Of a stretch of DNA of 64,000 nucleotides, positions 50,129-60,080 are shown piece by piece. Position 1 is the first letter of the stretch. Each line of letters begins with the position of its first letter. Under the pieces are notes generated by a model. The model was not told the DNA's origin. It was given only the letters and a program-made list of their open reading frames with translations, and made no database searches. The DNA comes from a virus: IMG/VR virus record IMGVR_UViG_3300025978_000012, positions 1-64,000 of that record; one strand, given 5' to 3'. The position numbers were made by a program, and so were the translations under genes.

Positions 50129-52599
50129 ATTTTTATTCCAAAATATTCAAATCGTTCAATCCATTTTGGATTTTCAGATATGCACTTTTTAACCATTTCC
50201 ATGTTGTTTAAAAAATACCATGCGAAAGCTTCAGTTGGATATTTCCGCGCCACATATTCAAAATATTTTTTAGCTGTTTCTGTATCTCCAATACTCGCTC
50301 TGTAATTTTCAACAAAATTCGTGCGCCAGTTCATATATTTAATTTGTTCATTTATATATTCGGCGGAATATTCGGGAGTATTTATAACCGCTTCAGTTAT
50401 TTCGAAAGTACCGACATTTACATTTTTGATATATTTTTTTTGAATACATTCTTGCCGTAACCTACTTCCGTATACTGGGGCGGCTATTTTTGGTGAAATT
50501 ATATCAGGTTTGACTTCCCTTATAAAATCGACAGTTTCTTGCCGGTGTACGTCTGTTTCACCCGGTATTCCAATAACTAAAAATATATGCAGAAAAAAAT
50601 TATATTTGCGTATTATTTTAATAACATTTCGTGCCTGGTCCAAATTTACCGGTTTGTGCATCATTTTAAGAACTTCGGCGCTTCCAGATTCCAATGCAAG
50701 CACCAGGCAATCTACTCCGGCATTCCACATCAGATCAATCAATTCCTCGTCCATATAGGCGATACTGAGGCCGTTAGGCATTTCTATTCTAAGACCATAT
50801 GGTTGTAGTCGTCTGAATAAATTTTTTGCGCGTTCCCTATTGTATAATATTTGTTCGTCGTAAAAGGTAAGAACATTCATTCTATATTTTTCAATAAGTT
50901 TTTCGACATGATTAATAATAGAATTAACTGAAGCATAACGAATTGATTTATCTGGATTAAGGGAGTTCTTACAGAATATACAATTATGAACTAAAACATT
51001 ATTTGCAAAGAACCAATTATATTTTGGGACTTCCATGCAATATGTATCTTGTTTTTCAACCAACCATTCTACTTTAATAACTTTATGATTTATTTCATTT
51101 TTTAAATTTTTTCTTTTAATTCCTAAATATTTTCTATATTCATCTACAGATTTATTATATTTTATTTTAAAATGTTTCCAAAAAAATGAATAACTAATAT
51201 TGAAATTTTTTATATATTTTCTTAGATTTTTACAATAAATAATATTATTAAATTCTTTTTCTAAACTAAAGGGAAGTTCTTTATAATTTGGATTCAATTT
51301 TCCTAGTTTGCTATTTCTATATTTTAGTTTTTGTGCCTTTGTTCTTTTTTTACCTTTTTGTTTTTTACCTAAATTAACAAAAAAATCTTTTGGCATATTA
51401 AATGCGGGATTATTAGTTTTCATTCTTTCTGAAATTTCAGGATGTAATTTCATGTGAATAGCAGAAGATTCACAAAGAAATAAATTATCAGGATGATTAT
51501 TTGTTTTATCATGATCGATATGGTGTATTTTGTCAGATTTTTTTAATTTTTTATTATATTTATATTCAGCAACAACCCTATGTATTTTTTTAGAATATCT
51601 TTTCCACTCAATATCAACATACCCAAGTCGATTTTTTCGTATTTTTACGGCTCTCACACTTTGTTTTTCTTTTAAATATTGAGCTTCTATTTCAATTTCT
51701 TTATGCGGCTTTCCAAATTGATTATTATTTTTAAAAGTTAAAAATTTATGATCGGGAGTACAATCAATATATGTTCTATCATCAAAATAAACTCTAACTA
51801 ATTGAGCTTTTTCTCTAGTTTTTTTTATATTAATTGCATCTGTGAATAATATTTGTTTAGAATTTTTATTATATGTTAAAACTGGGATTGTCTCATATTT
51901 TTCTGAAATTTCTTTAATTGAGATATTTCCATATATTGTATTGATTAATGTTTCCCCAGATAAACAATTGTAAGGACATCCCCGAGTTGTTATAACATAA
52001 AATTGCTTTTTACCTTCTTTTCCAAACATGAAAGGTGAGTATGTTTCTTCTATCTTTTCATGATATTTATCAACATCTATCAAGGAATAATCAATATCGA
52101 TAATATCGTCTAATTTCGATAATACATTTTTTATTGGAGGATCAATTGATCCTTTTGTTGCCCATCCTTTTTTAAATTTTCCAGTAGTCAAGTACTCCTT
52201 TACTGCTATTTCGCCTTCATCTGGACATATTGCATCTATTTCAGGATTTTCATTTAAAATTTCTTTGTAAGTTTGAAGCGTAGATATACCGCCCATTATA
52301 ATAGTCGAATAAGGACTATGTGTTTTTATTATTTTCAGGATAGGCGATAGATATTTGTATGATGTATCAAACATCATACTAATTCCTATAATATCAGGGT
52401 TTGACGATTTTATTTTTTCGGGAATATAGGAAAAATAATCTTCGTTTAAATTACAATCGAATATTTCAACGTTTGCCAGATGTTCAATGTATTTAGAAAT
52501 AGAAAGTACTCCATTGGGCATCGCGAGGAAACTTCGCTGCATAAGTTTTGATTCTTTAAAAACATAAGGTAATATTATAAATAGAATTTTTTTCTTCAT
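50125..52599 (-). CDS. Cobalamin-binding radical SAM enzyme (class B methyltransferase-like) with intein
   Basis: PDIIGIS, MGG, EGE B12 domain; TRGCPYN[intein]CIFC; LESGS; IGIPGET. Confidence 0.9.
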   Translation of the reverse strand: MKKKILFIILPYVFKESKLMQRSFLAMPNGVLSISKYIEHLANVEIFDCNLNEDYFSYIPEKIKSSNPDIIGISMMFDTSYKYLSPILKIIKTHSPYSTIIMGGISTLQTYKEILNENPEIDAICPDEGEIAVKEYLTTGKFKKGWATKGSIDPPIKNVLSKLDDIIDIDYSLIDVDKYHEKIEETYSPFMFGKEGKKQFYVITTRGCPYNCLSGETLINTIYGNISIKEISEKYETIPVLTYNKNSKQILFTDAINIKKTREKAQLVRVYFDDRTYIDCTPDHKFLTFKNNNQFGKPHKEIEIEAQYLKEKQSVRAVKIRKNRLGYVDIEWKRYSKKIHRVVAEYKYNKKLKKSDKIHHIDHDKTNNHPDNLFLCESSAIHMKLHPEISERMKTNNPAFNMPKDFFVNLGKKQKGKKRTKAQKLKYRNSKLGKLNPNYKELPFSLEKEFNNIIYCKNLRKYIKNFNISYSFFWKHFKIKYNKSVDEYRKYLGIKRKNLKNEINHKVIKVEWLVEKQDTYCMEVPKYNWFFANNVLVHNCIFCKNSLNPDKSIRYASVNSIINHVEKLIEKYRMNVLTFYDEQILYNRERAKNLFRRLQPYGLRIEMPNGLSIAYMDEELIDLMWNAGVDCLVLALESGSAEVLKMMHKPVNLDQARNVIKIIRKYNFFLHIFLVIGIPGETDVHRQETVDFIREVKPDIISPKIAAPVYGSRLRQECIQKKYIKNVNVGTFEITEAVINTPEYSAEYINEQIKYMNWRTNFVENYRASIGDTETAKKYFEYVARKYPTEAFAWYFLNNMEMVKKCISENPKWIERFEYFGIKI
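50983..51966 (-). mobile_element. Intein (328 aa) with HNH homing endonuclease
   Basis: Starts CLSGET, has block B TPDH, ends VLVHN followed by Cys; HRVVAE...IHHIDHDKTNNHPDNL. Confidence 0.92.
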
Positions 52600-53789
52600 A
52601 ACTCTATTATTTCACCGCGAAAATTGAGTTTCTTTAATTCTTGTTTTAATTTTTCGGTATGTGCTGTTGCCGTTATCAATACGGGAAGCGTCGCATTTTC
52701 AAGAAATTCTCGGCCATTCATTTTTTTATTATTAAATGTCATTTTCTGTTGTTTATGTGGCGTATCGTCGATCAGTCCGGCAATAAAGCATTTATTTAAT
52801 CCGGCATTATTATAGAGGTACAAGAATTCCCGCCCGATACCCCAGACGTACAGAGGGTCTTTTAATTTTGATATTATTTTTCTTTTTTCACGAAGTTTTT
52901 CCCGGCTATTTTTTATGTAAAATATTGTTCTACTTTTTAGATTAAAATTTTCAAATTCAACATTTATTTTATTTCCCGTATATTGGAAAATCATTGACAC
53001 ATTCGGCAATATTGTTTTATTGCTTGTCATTGGATTTGTTGAATTTGTTGCCATTCGTAGTGCGAATCCATATTTTCCGGCGATCATAGAAAGATGTTGA
53101 ATGTCGAAATGTTGAACATGCTCTCTCAATAAAAACCAATAAAAATCAAAAAAATTATATTTGTCGTAAAAATCAGCATTGGGAACACTAATACAGAAGA
53201 ATCCATCTTTCTTTATGACCTTTTTTGCCTCCATGAATATTTTTTGAGGATCGAATAAATGTTCAACAACTTGATCGGCGATTAAAAAATCAAAAAATTC
53301 TAATGGGTAAGGAATTGATTCGGCAGTTCCCTTTTTAATATTCAAATATTCTTTTTTTTTGGCTTCTTGAATATATATGTCAGATAGGTCAATTCCATAA
53401 AGATTTTCATAACCATTTGTATGAAGATAATGCAAAAATCCGCCGCTGGCACAACCGATATCAAGGATTTTATCGGTAGGTTTTGCATATGTTTTCATAA
53501 ATCCATATAAAAAAGAATAGCGGATCAAGGAGTTCCTGCCACTGCTGCCGGGCGTATCGCCATTTTTATTTGGTGTATGTAAATTAATCGGAGAATATTC
53601 ATTGTTGTAATATTTAAAAATATTTCTTTCATCTTTGAAAGAAACATTATTGAAGATATGTCCGCATTCGCTACAGCATAAAATTATTGCCGGATCATAA
53701 AGAAATGATTTATCCATGTTTCCGCACGTTAGTGATAATAATTCTCCTTGTTTAGTTGAATTACAAATTGGACATTGTTTCATTTTCAT
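52596..53789 (-). CDS. Class I SAM methyltransferase with N-terminal Zn site (NDP-sugar C-methyltransferase-like)
   Basis: CPIC...CSECGH; ILDIGCASG; VVEHL-x-DP; EHVQHF; VWGIG C-terminal Rossmann. Confidence 0.8.
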   Translation of the reverse strand: MKMKQCPICNSTKQGELLSLTCGNMDKSFLYDPAIILCCSECGHIFNNVSFKDERNIFKYYNNEYSPINLHTPNKNGDTPGSSGRNSLIRYSFLYGFMKTYAKPTDKILDIGCASGGFLHYLHTNGYENLYGIDLSDIYIQEAKKKEYLNIKKGTAESIPYPLEFFDFLIADQVVEHLFDPQKIFMEAKKVIKKDGFFCISVPNADFYDKYNFFDFYWFLLREHVQHFDIQHLSMIAGKYGFALRMATNSTNPMTSNKTILPNVSMIFQYTGNKINVEFENFNLKSRTIFYIKNSREKLREKRKIISKLKDPLYVWGIGREFLYLYNNAGLNKCFIAGLIDDTPHKQQKMTFNNKKMNGREFLENATLPVLITATAHTEKLKQELKKLNFRGEIIEL

Positions 53790-54753
53790 ACCTTTTTAAT
53801 AATTCTTCGGCATCATCATCCAGGTTTTCCGGTTGACCGGCAATAAGCTGATTGCATGATGCACATATCGGAATAGTATGTCGTAATTTTTGAAGCATTA
53901 ATAATCGCATTGTTTGTAATCGTTGTCCATTCCAAATATTTTTTATGCTTTCAGTTAATATGTTTCCTATTATTATTTTTTGATTCCAATCAAGAAAACA
54001 TGCTGATACCATTCCATTATAATTTATTGAAAGATTATAAAAAATATATGGGCAAACCTGAACTTCTTTCAATGGTTGTCCGTATACGCCTACATTTTTA
54101 TTTGGCATAAGTTCCATTTTAAAGTCATACCAACACGACATTACATTTTCTATTGCGATACCATCAGAAATAGGAGAAAAAATTTCAAGAAAAGTATTTT
54201 TATCTTCTTCTGAAATAATATCTCCATTTATTTTAATGAAAATGGTGCATTGTTTTTTATTTTCGTATAAATGTTTTATGTTTTCAACATATTTTTTAAA
54301 ATCAATATCGTAATTACTAAAGTCTTTATATTGGTGCGCATTAACCCCTTCAACAGAAATATTTATGCGGTCTATCCCAGCATCAATTATATCAAGATTT
54401 AATTTCGGATTTAATTTGCTTCCATTGGTTGTTGTATCGATTGTTTCGGAAACATCATTATTTTTGGCGTATCGAATCATATCGGAAAAATGCGGATTCA
54501 AAAGGGGTTCTCCGAATGCATATAGACGAAGTGTTTTTAATTTTTTATCAAATTGTTTTATGTCATAAATAATATCTTTATAAATGTGCCACGGCATAAT
54601 GCCTTTTTTTATTATTTTTTCATTATTTGAATGAAAACAAAATTTACATTGAAAATTGCAAACCGACGAAGGGTCCACGTTAATTACAAAGGGTGTTGAC
54701 AATGGTAATTGTGGAATAAGCGATATGCGGCCTTTTTCTATAATTCGTTTCAT
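53761..54753 (-). CDS. Radical SAM/SPASM-twitch protein
   Basis: CNFQCKFC; GEPLL; TTNGS; CPY...G-x-V-x-x-C-x-x-D...C-x-x-C. Confidence 0.9.
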   Translation of the reverse strand: MKRIIEKGRISLIPQLPLSTPFVINVDPSSVCNFQCKFCFHSNNEKIIKKGIMPWHIYKDIIYDIKQFDKKLKTLRLYAFGEPLLNPHFSDMIRYAKNNDVSETIDTTTNGSKLNPKLNLDIIDAGIDRINISVEGVNAHQYKDFSNYDIDFKKYVENIKHLYENKKQCTIFIKINGDIISEEDKNTFLEIFSPISDGIAIENVMSCWYDFKMELMPNKNVGVYGQPLKEVQVCPYIFYNLSINYNGMVSACFLDWNQKIIIGNILTESIKNIWNGQRLQTMRLLMLQKLRHTIPICASCNQLIAGQPENLDDDAEELLKRYENETMSNL

Positions 54754-55406
54754 ATTATTTCAGGCAATTTCCAGGTTGATTTTAATAATGCGGAATTGTC
54801 GGTATATCGCCCCGGTTGAAAATAATTTCCGAGTACGAATAAATCTGGCGCAAATTTTATTTTACTGCCGAATTTATTTTTTAGGTGTTCAGCTAGAATT
54901 CCATCATCCCATATATGGGTATTGTTGAATTTCACTTGTTTTAAAATGTTTCCTTTAAGAATAAATTGGAGCCCCACATTGCACACTCGTATATCATTTA
55001 ATGAATTGGGTATAAGGGGGTGACAGGGATGTTGTGCAACATCGCACGCCGGGGTTGCGTTTCCCCGCGCCACCGAATAGAATATTATTTCTGATTTTTC
55101 TGTTTTACATATTTCCCTAATTTTATCAAAAAATCCGGGTTCAAACATATCATCATCGCCCATAAAAGAATAATAATCATCGTCTATTATTTCTTGAGTT
55201 TCGATAAAATCATTTAATTTCCGATACGCATAATCCGTCGGTAATAGTTCTTTCACCAAAAGAGGATGTATCCAAAATTTATTAAATGGATAAAATTCTT
55301 TTTCGCTATAAATAGGGTGCCAGTGGATTAAAAATTCTTCAAGACAATGAATTAATGTTTTTGCTAAATGTATTCTATAAAATGCCGTAATAACATGTAT
55401 ATTCAT
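54750..55406 (-). CDS. GT-A (GT2-like) glycosyltransferase, paralog 2
   Basis: ITAFYR; DDDYYSFMGDDD; DDG. Confidence 0.7.
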   Translation of the reverse strand: MNIHVITAFYRIHLAKTLIHCLEEFLIHWHPIYSEKEFYPFNKFWIHPLLVKELLPTDYAYRKLNDFIETQEIIDDDYYSFMGDDDMFEPGFFDKIREICKTEKSEIIFYSVARGNATPACDVAQHPCHPLIPNSLNDIRVCNVGLQFILKGNILKQVKFNNTHIWDDGILAEHLKNKFGSKIKFAPDLFVLGNYFQPGRYTDNSALLKSTWKLPEII

Positions 55407-56035
55407 ATTCCGTAATCCAGTCTCTTATCGTATCTTCCCGGTTCAAAATAATTAAATCTGATTCCTATCTCGGGAAGGATAAGAATATCATTTGGCCATG
55501 TATTTTTAAGGTATTCCGCATAATGCCCGTCATCTTCGAAAGCCCGATATCCGAATTTTGTTCGTCGCAATATTTCACCTTTGATGATATATTGGCACAT
55601 ATCTATTCCGGCGACATGGACATCATCTATTTTGTTTATAATTATCGGTACAGGGGGCCAGTTGAACGGTCCAGGGTTCGGCGCATACCGTTCCCCGCGA
55701 TCCATTGAGTAGAAAATTATTTTAGCTGTTTGTCGTTTTATTTTATTGATAAATCCTGGAACATACATATCGTCGTCGTGAATGAACCCATAATAATCGT
55801 CATCTACGATATCTCCCGCATTGATGAAATCGTTATTCTTTCGATAACACATGTCTCCCGGTAGTAACGGCATGCATAAAAGAGGTTTGATCCACGATAA
55901 TGTGTTTTTTTCGAAAGAAGTCATGTCAACATTGTCACAAACCGGATGCCAGATAAGATTCATTGGTTCGAAATGTTTAAGAAGATCGTCTTTAAGATGT
56001 TTTCTATAAAATGGCATAATTGCATGGAAGTTCAT
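55403..56035 (-). CDS. GT-A (GT2-like) glycosyltransferase, paralog 1
   Basis: IMPFYR; DDDYYGFIHDDD; DDG. Confidence 0.7.
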   Translation of the reverse strand: MNFHAIMPFYRKHLKDDLLKHFEPMNLIWHPVCDNVDMTSFEKNTLSWIKPLLCMPLLPGDMCYRKNNDFINAGDIVDDDYYGFIHDDDMYVPGFINKIKRQTAKIIFYSMDRGERYAPNPGPFNWPPVPIIINKIDDVHVAGIDMCQYIIKGEILRRTKFGYRAFEDDGHYAEYLKNTWPNDILILPEIGIRFNYFEPGRYDKRLDYGI

Positions 56036-56038
56036 TGT

Positions 56039-57037
56039 TTATATATCCATTAATGATTTTACAATTTCTATTCTTTTCTTATTTACGGTACTAAGCAACA
56101 AATTTTCTTTTATATATTCATAACTTTTTTCATAATTTTCTTTTCGAAATGTACTATTATTCATCAACTTGTCAATTTGATATTCTAAACTATCATAATT
56201 GTTTTGGTTGTAAAGCGTTATTCCGGGCATATTGAATTCCGGCATATTGGGGGCGATTGTAGCCCCCCCGAAATAAGTTCCCTCTAGCCATGAGCAATTT
56301 GATTTAGCTTCATTAAATTTATTGAATTTAAGTAATATAAGATTTATCGCAAAATTATTTTCAGAAATAAATCTAAAATATGTTATGATGTCTTTTTCTT
56401 CCATTGCAAAACATTTTTTTATAAAATCTGAAATGAACCAGGTTTCTTCACCAACCCAGGACCAACACCAATCGTCATGTTTTTTGGCGATTGAAAATAT
56501 TCTGTCTTTATATTCCCACAAATCGTATCGATGCGTTTTTGACCCGCGCCAGAAAACGAAGTCTACTGTTTTTTCTATTTTTTCGAATGGATAGATATAA
56601 TCGTTCCATGCATTCGGAATAACAACAATGTTTTTATTATATATTTTGTAATATTTTTCCATTGTCTGAGTCGATACCGTTACAATGTCCGCGAGTCGAA
56701 TACTTTCTTCCATGTTTCGCAAAATATTATAAAAAATTAAATCTTTGTAAAACGGATTGTATTTAGGGGTTTCATGTAAATTATCATCAAAGTCAACCCA
56801 GACCTTGATGTTCATATCCTTTGCCATTCGAAGAGCCGTTAATTGTGTATCATACACGGGCCTTTGGAAAAAGGCAATTTCAACGTCATTGAGCGCAGGC
56901 CAGCTTACATTATTATCATATTCAATTTTAATATTATTTGATAAATGTTTTAATTTTTGGAGCACCCCCAATCCTCGATAATATGAACAAGCCGTTTGCT
57001 GTGTATGGGGGGATTCGAATATTTTAATTTTTATCAT
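56039..57037 (-). CDS. GT-B fold glycosyltransferase (likely start MIKIKIF)
   Basis: YYR, FQR, DFDDNL, ADIVTVST, VIPN, WRGS-x-TH, N-x-AKSN-x-x-x-LE. Confidence 0.8.
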   Translation of the reverse strand: MIKIKIFESPHTQQTACSYYRGLGVLQKLKHLSNNIKIEYDNNVSWPALNDVEIAFFQRPVYDTQLTALRMAKDMNIKVWVDFDDNLHETPKYNPFYKDLIFYNILRNMEESIRLADIVTVSTQTMEKYYKIYNKNIVVIPNAWNDYIYPFEKIEKTVDFVFWRGSKTHRYDLWEYKDRIFSIAKKHDDWCWSWVGEETWFISDFIKKCFAMEEKDIITYFRFISENNFAINLILLKFNKFNEAKSNCSWLEGTYFGGATIAPNMPEFNMPGITLYNQNNYDSLEYQIDKLMNNSTFRKENYEKSYEYIKENLLLSTVNKKRIEIVKSLMDI

Positions 57038-57042
57038 TAGTG

Positions 57043-57072
57043 ATAGTAAGTGGTAGAGCAATACAATGTCAA
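57043..57072 (-). promoter_or_regulatory. Sigma70-like promoter for glycan locus
   Basis: TTGACA-18 bp-TACTAT on minus strand. Confidence 0.5.
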
Positions 57073-57100
57073 AATAAATTTTTTATCTAGTTAAAAAAAA

Positions 57101-57132
57101 ATAATATTGTTAGCTTGGACTAACAATATTAT
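57101..57132 (-). terminator. Hairpin between divergent transcription units
   Basis: ataatattgttag-cttgga-ctaacaatattat followed by T run on minus strand. Confidence 0.55.
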
Positions 57133-57133
57133 A

Positions 57134-57227
57134 ATTAGTCTATACTAACATCATTAATTTTTTTTTAAAAAATTAAAAATACTATTGACAACCATAAGCG
57201 GATTGTGTATATTACATACATAGAGAT
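57134..57227 (+). promoter_or_regulatory. Repeated early-promoter cassette, copy 1
   Basis: AT-rich UP tract plus TTGACA-17 bp-TATATT; near-identical to 63208-63302. Confidence 0.85.
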
Positions 57228-57253
57228 CAAATAAAAAAAATAGGAGAAGCAAA

Positions 57254-57634
57254 ATGATAAACCACTCAATCAAACACCGCAGAGCCCAAAAAATAGCGAG
57301 CAAGCTCCCTATGGCTAACGCTGAGATATTGAGTCGCATACCGGATTATCTTAAAGAGAGATTAACCGGCCAAGAGCTAGCCTGTGTAATATCCGCGATG
57401 GACGAAAGTTACCATGCCGGAAAAGCTAGTTCTGGTGCAGAATTGATTGATGCGTCTCGACAAGATGGCGCAGTATATGTAACCGGATTAGGTATGATAC
57501 AATGGCGGGAAATTAATGCGGAGTATGAGACAATAACGGAAGATAGCTACACCAATAACGGGGAGACTTATTGCGGCACGCGAACGTATTCCCGTAAAAT
57601 AAAAAACGGGGAATTACAATTCTCGCTAAACTAA
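57254..57634 (+). CDS. Early hypothetical protein
   Basis: 126 aa, AGGAG RBS, behind promoter cassette. Confidence 0.7.
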   Translation: MINHSIKHRRAQKIASKLPMANAEILSRIPDYLKERLTGQELACVISAMDESYHAGKASSGAELIDASRQDGAVYVTGLGMIQWREINAEYETITEDSYTNNGETYCGTRTYSRKIKNGELQFSLN

Positions 57635-57647
57635 CAGGAGGAAAAAA

Positions 57648-57875
57648 ATGGCGTATTTAACTAAGTCACAATATGATTATCGCCGCGAATCGGCGGCGCA
57701 TCGAAACGCTGAAAATAAAAAAATTAAAACTATTACCGATATGCAGCACGACCTGTTGGCGGAAATTGCCGAAATGAGACACAAGATACACTCTAGCCGT
57801 GACAGTATGTATTATAATGATAATAATAGATATTGGAATTGGCTTAACGACTCTGACGAGAGTATAAATAATCGT
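57648..57875 (+). pseudogene. 5' half of an early gene interrupted by the IS1595 element
   Basis: 76 codons end exactly at the TSD; continues in frame at 62976. Confidence 0.85.
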
Positions 57876-57912
57876 CGGAATTATGCCGTTGGCAAACCAG
57901 AGGTAATAATTA

Positions 57913-58599
57913 TCACTTATTTTGAATACAATTTAACAATAATTGGTAAATATTATTTTGAAGTACTCCAAATATAAATCCTAAAATTAATGTTCCTGCT
58001 GCTACAAGCAAAGATTGCCACCATGTAAATTTTCTATCCTTTAATTTTTGTAATCTAAAATCTTCCATAATAGAAATAGATTTTTCAATTTCTTGTGCGT
58101 CATCTCTTATTTCATCTAATTCTTTTATGCATTGAGAAAAAGTAATTGATGATTGTTCTCCAATATCTTTCTCGTTTTTGTATTTTACAATTCGTTCATG
58201 ATAATTATCAAGATTTGCAATTTTTTTTGCAAAATGAGGAACAGCTTGTGTCTGAATTGATAATGAATATTTTTCTGTGTTATTTATTGATTCTCGTAAA
58301 GATATAGCAATTCCATCAATAGCATCATATCCTGCTCGATATATATGCCCTCGTGCTTTATCAAAATTGATTTCATAATATGTATTTCCTTCTTTTCTTT
58401 TCTTTTTTCCTCCAGTTATAAGTTGATCACCAAATATTCGAATTAAATGAGATAAAGCATCTCTAAATTCTTTATTTATTTGTATATTTGCACCAGATTT
58501 TTTATCAATACTTTCTGCTTTTGAAACCAATTCTTTTGTTTTTATATATTCTCTACAAACTTGTTCTAAAAGATATTTTTCTTTTTTATTAAATCTCAT
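57913..58599 (-). CDS. IS passenger: helical protein with RxxxxH-like motif and C-terminal TM
   Basis: EFRDALSH, ARGHIYRAGYD; hydrophobic C-terminus. Confidence 0.6.
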   Translation of the reverse strand: MRFNKKEKYLLEQVCREYIKTKELVSKAESIDKKSGANIQINKEFRDALSHLIRIFGDQLITGGKKKRKEGNTYYEINFDKARGHIYRAGYDAIDGIAISLRESINNTEKYSLSIQTQAVPHFAKKIANLDNYHERIVKYKNEKDIGEQSSITFSQCIKELDEIRDDAQEIEKSISIMEDFRLQKLKDRKFTWWQSLLVAAGTLILGFIFGVLQNNIYQLLLNCIQNK

Positions 58600-58618
58600 A
58601 TTTGTATAACCTCATATA

Positions 58619-58652
58619 AAAAAAGGCTGAATATTTTTTTTCAGCCTTTTTT
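58619..58652. terminator. Bidirectional terminator-like hairpin
   Basis: aaaaaaggctga...tcagcctttttt. Confidence 0.7.
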
Positions 58653-58674
58653 AAAAATAAGATTTTTCCAATGT

Positions 58675-58875
58675 TTAATATAATTTAATTGAAAAAGCCT
58701 TTTTTGCACGTTCTTCCATTTCTTTTTGAGTATAATATCTTCCAGTAGCAAGTCTCACGGAACCACGGATGTTAGGAGAAAATTTTTCAATAGTTTCCCG
58801 ATCAAAATCAACATTTGATTCAGGAAAATCACTAAAAAGAATATCCATCTCTTTTTGTGTTAATTGTTTTTTCAT
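58675..58875 (-). CDS. IS passenger: small hypothetical protein
   Basis: 66 aa with RBS. Confidence 0.55.
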   Translation of the reverse strand: MKKQLTQKEMDILFSDFPESNVDFDRETIEKFSPNIRGSVRLATGRYYTQKEMEERAKKAFSIKLY

Positions 58876-59075
58876 TTTTGCAACCCCTACTTATTATCGG
58901 ATAATTGCCATGATTTATTTCATATATTATCTTGTCAACGTCAACAATAAAAAATAGGATATTTTCTATTTAAAAATACTTATATTTTAATGCAGAAAAA
59001 ATATCAATTACTATTTTTTATTAATAATAAACATAAGAATATTTTTATAATTATTAGTAAATTTATGTTATCTAC

Positions 59076-59104
59076 TTGACAAACCATAATATCATCAGTA
59101 TATT
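59076..59104 (+). promoter_or_regulatory. Promoter for transposase-MTase-nuclease operon
   Basis: TTGACA-17 bp-TATATT. Confidence 0.65.
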
Positions 59105-59126
59105 GGTTGTATAAGAGGTAAGATAA

Positions 59127-60071
59127 ATGAAATATACACCACCTACTTTTAAGAGCATGAACGAAATGTCATATATTGATGTGGCGCGTTTAACTGAAGA
59201 CCAGGCACGAGCAATACTTGAAAAGATACGGTGGCCGAAAGGAATTATATGCCCACATTGCGGCGGTACTAATATAGTAAGGATACAAGGAAAAGCAAAA
59301 AGAGTGCGGGACGGATTATTAAGGTGTAAAGATGACAGAAAACAATTCACGGTAACGACTGGAACTATAATGCATGGTTCACATATAACATTACGTCAAT
59401 GGGTTCAAGCCTTCCATGCAATGTGCGCGTCAAAAAAGGGCGTGTCCGCTTTACAAATAAAAAGAAATTTAGGACTTGGTTCTTATAAATCCGCATGGCA
59501 CTTAAACCATAGAATACGGTTTGCAATGCAAGACGTAAATCCTGAACTATTGCAAGGCATAGTCGAAGTTGATGAAACGTATGTTGGTGGCAAGCCGAGA
59601 AAAGGAACCGGCATAAAGAACAAAAAAGGTCGCGGAACTAAAAAGACTCCGGTACTTGCACTAATAGAAAGAAATGGAAATGTTATATCAAAGCCGGTGG
59701 GCGATGTAAGCGGAAAAACTTTAAAATTTGCAATCCGTGAAGTTGTTGACTTTAATTCTACAATAATGACAGATGAATGGAAAAGCTATCGCGGAATTGG
59801 TAAAGATTTTAAGGGCGGTCATGAAGTAGTTAATCATGGTAAAGGCGAATATGTCAGAGGAAATGCCAATACAAATACCGCTGAATCATATTTTGCTTTA
59901 TTAAAGCGCGGTGTTATTGGAACCTTTCATCATGTATCAAAACAGCATTTACTTCGTTACTGTGACGAGTTTTCATTTCGTTGGAACAATCGTAAAGTAA
60001 CTGACGGCATTAGAACGCAAAACGCGATTAAAGGTTTTGTAGGTAAAAGATTAGTTTATAAAAATATATGA
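59127..60071 (+). CDS. IS1595-family (ISXO2-like) DDE transposase
   Basis: RWP-x-G-x-x-CPHC Zn ribbon; VEVDETYVGG; TDEW-x-x-Y; VNH...NTNTAESYF-x-x-LKRG. Confidence 0.95.
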   Translation: MKYTPPTFKSMNEMSYIDVARLTEDQARAILEKIRWPKGIICPHCGGTNIVRIQGKAKRVRDGLLRCKDDRKQFTVTTGTIMHGSHITLRQWVQAFHAMCASKKGVSALQIKRNLGLGSYKSAWHLNHRIRFAMQDVNPELLQGIVEVDETYVGGKPRKGTGIKNKKGRGTKKTPVLALIERNGNVISKPVGDVSGKTLKFAIREVVDFNSTIMTDEWKSYRGIGKDFKGGHEVVNHGKGEYVRGNANTNTAESYFALLKRGVIGTFHHVSKQHLLRYCDEFSFRWNNRKVTDGIRTQNAIKGFVGKRLVYKNI

Positions 60072-60080
60072 GAAGAAAAA

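Noticed and set aside
2353-56981. Numerous plus-strand ORFs in the ORF track
   Set aside because: They are antisense shadows of long minus-strand genes with no RBS or motifs; only the astacin gene is credible
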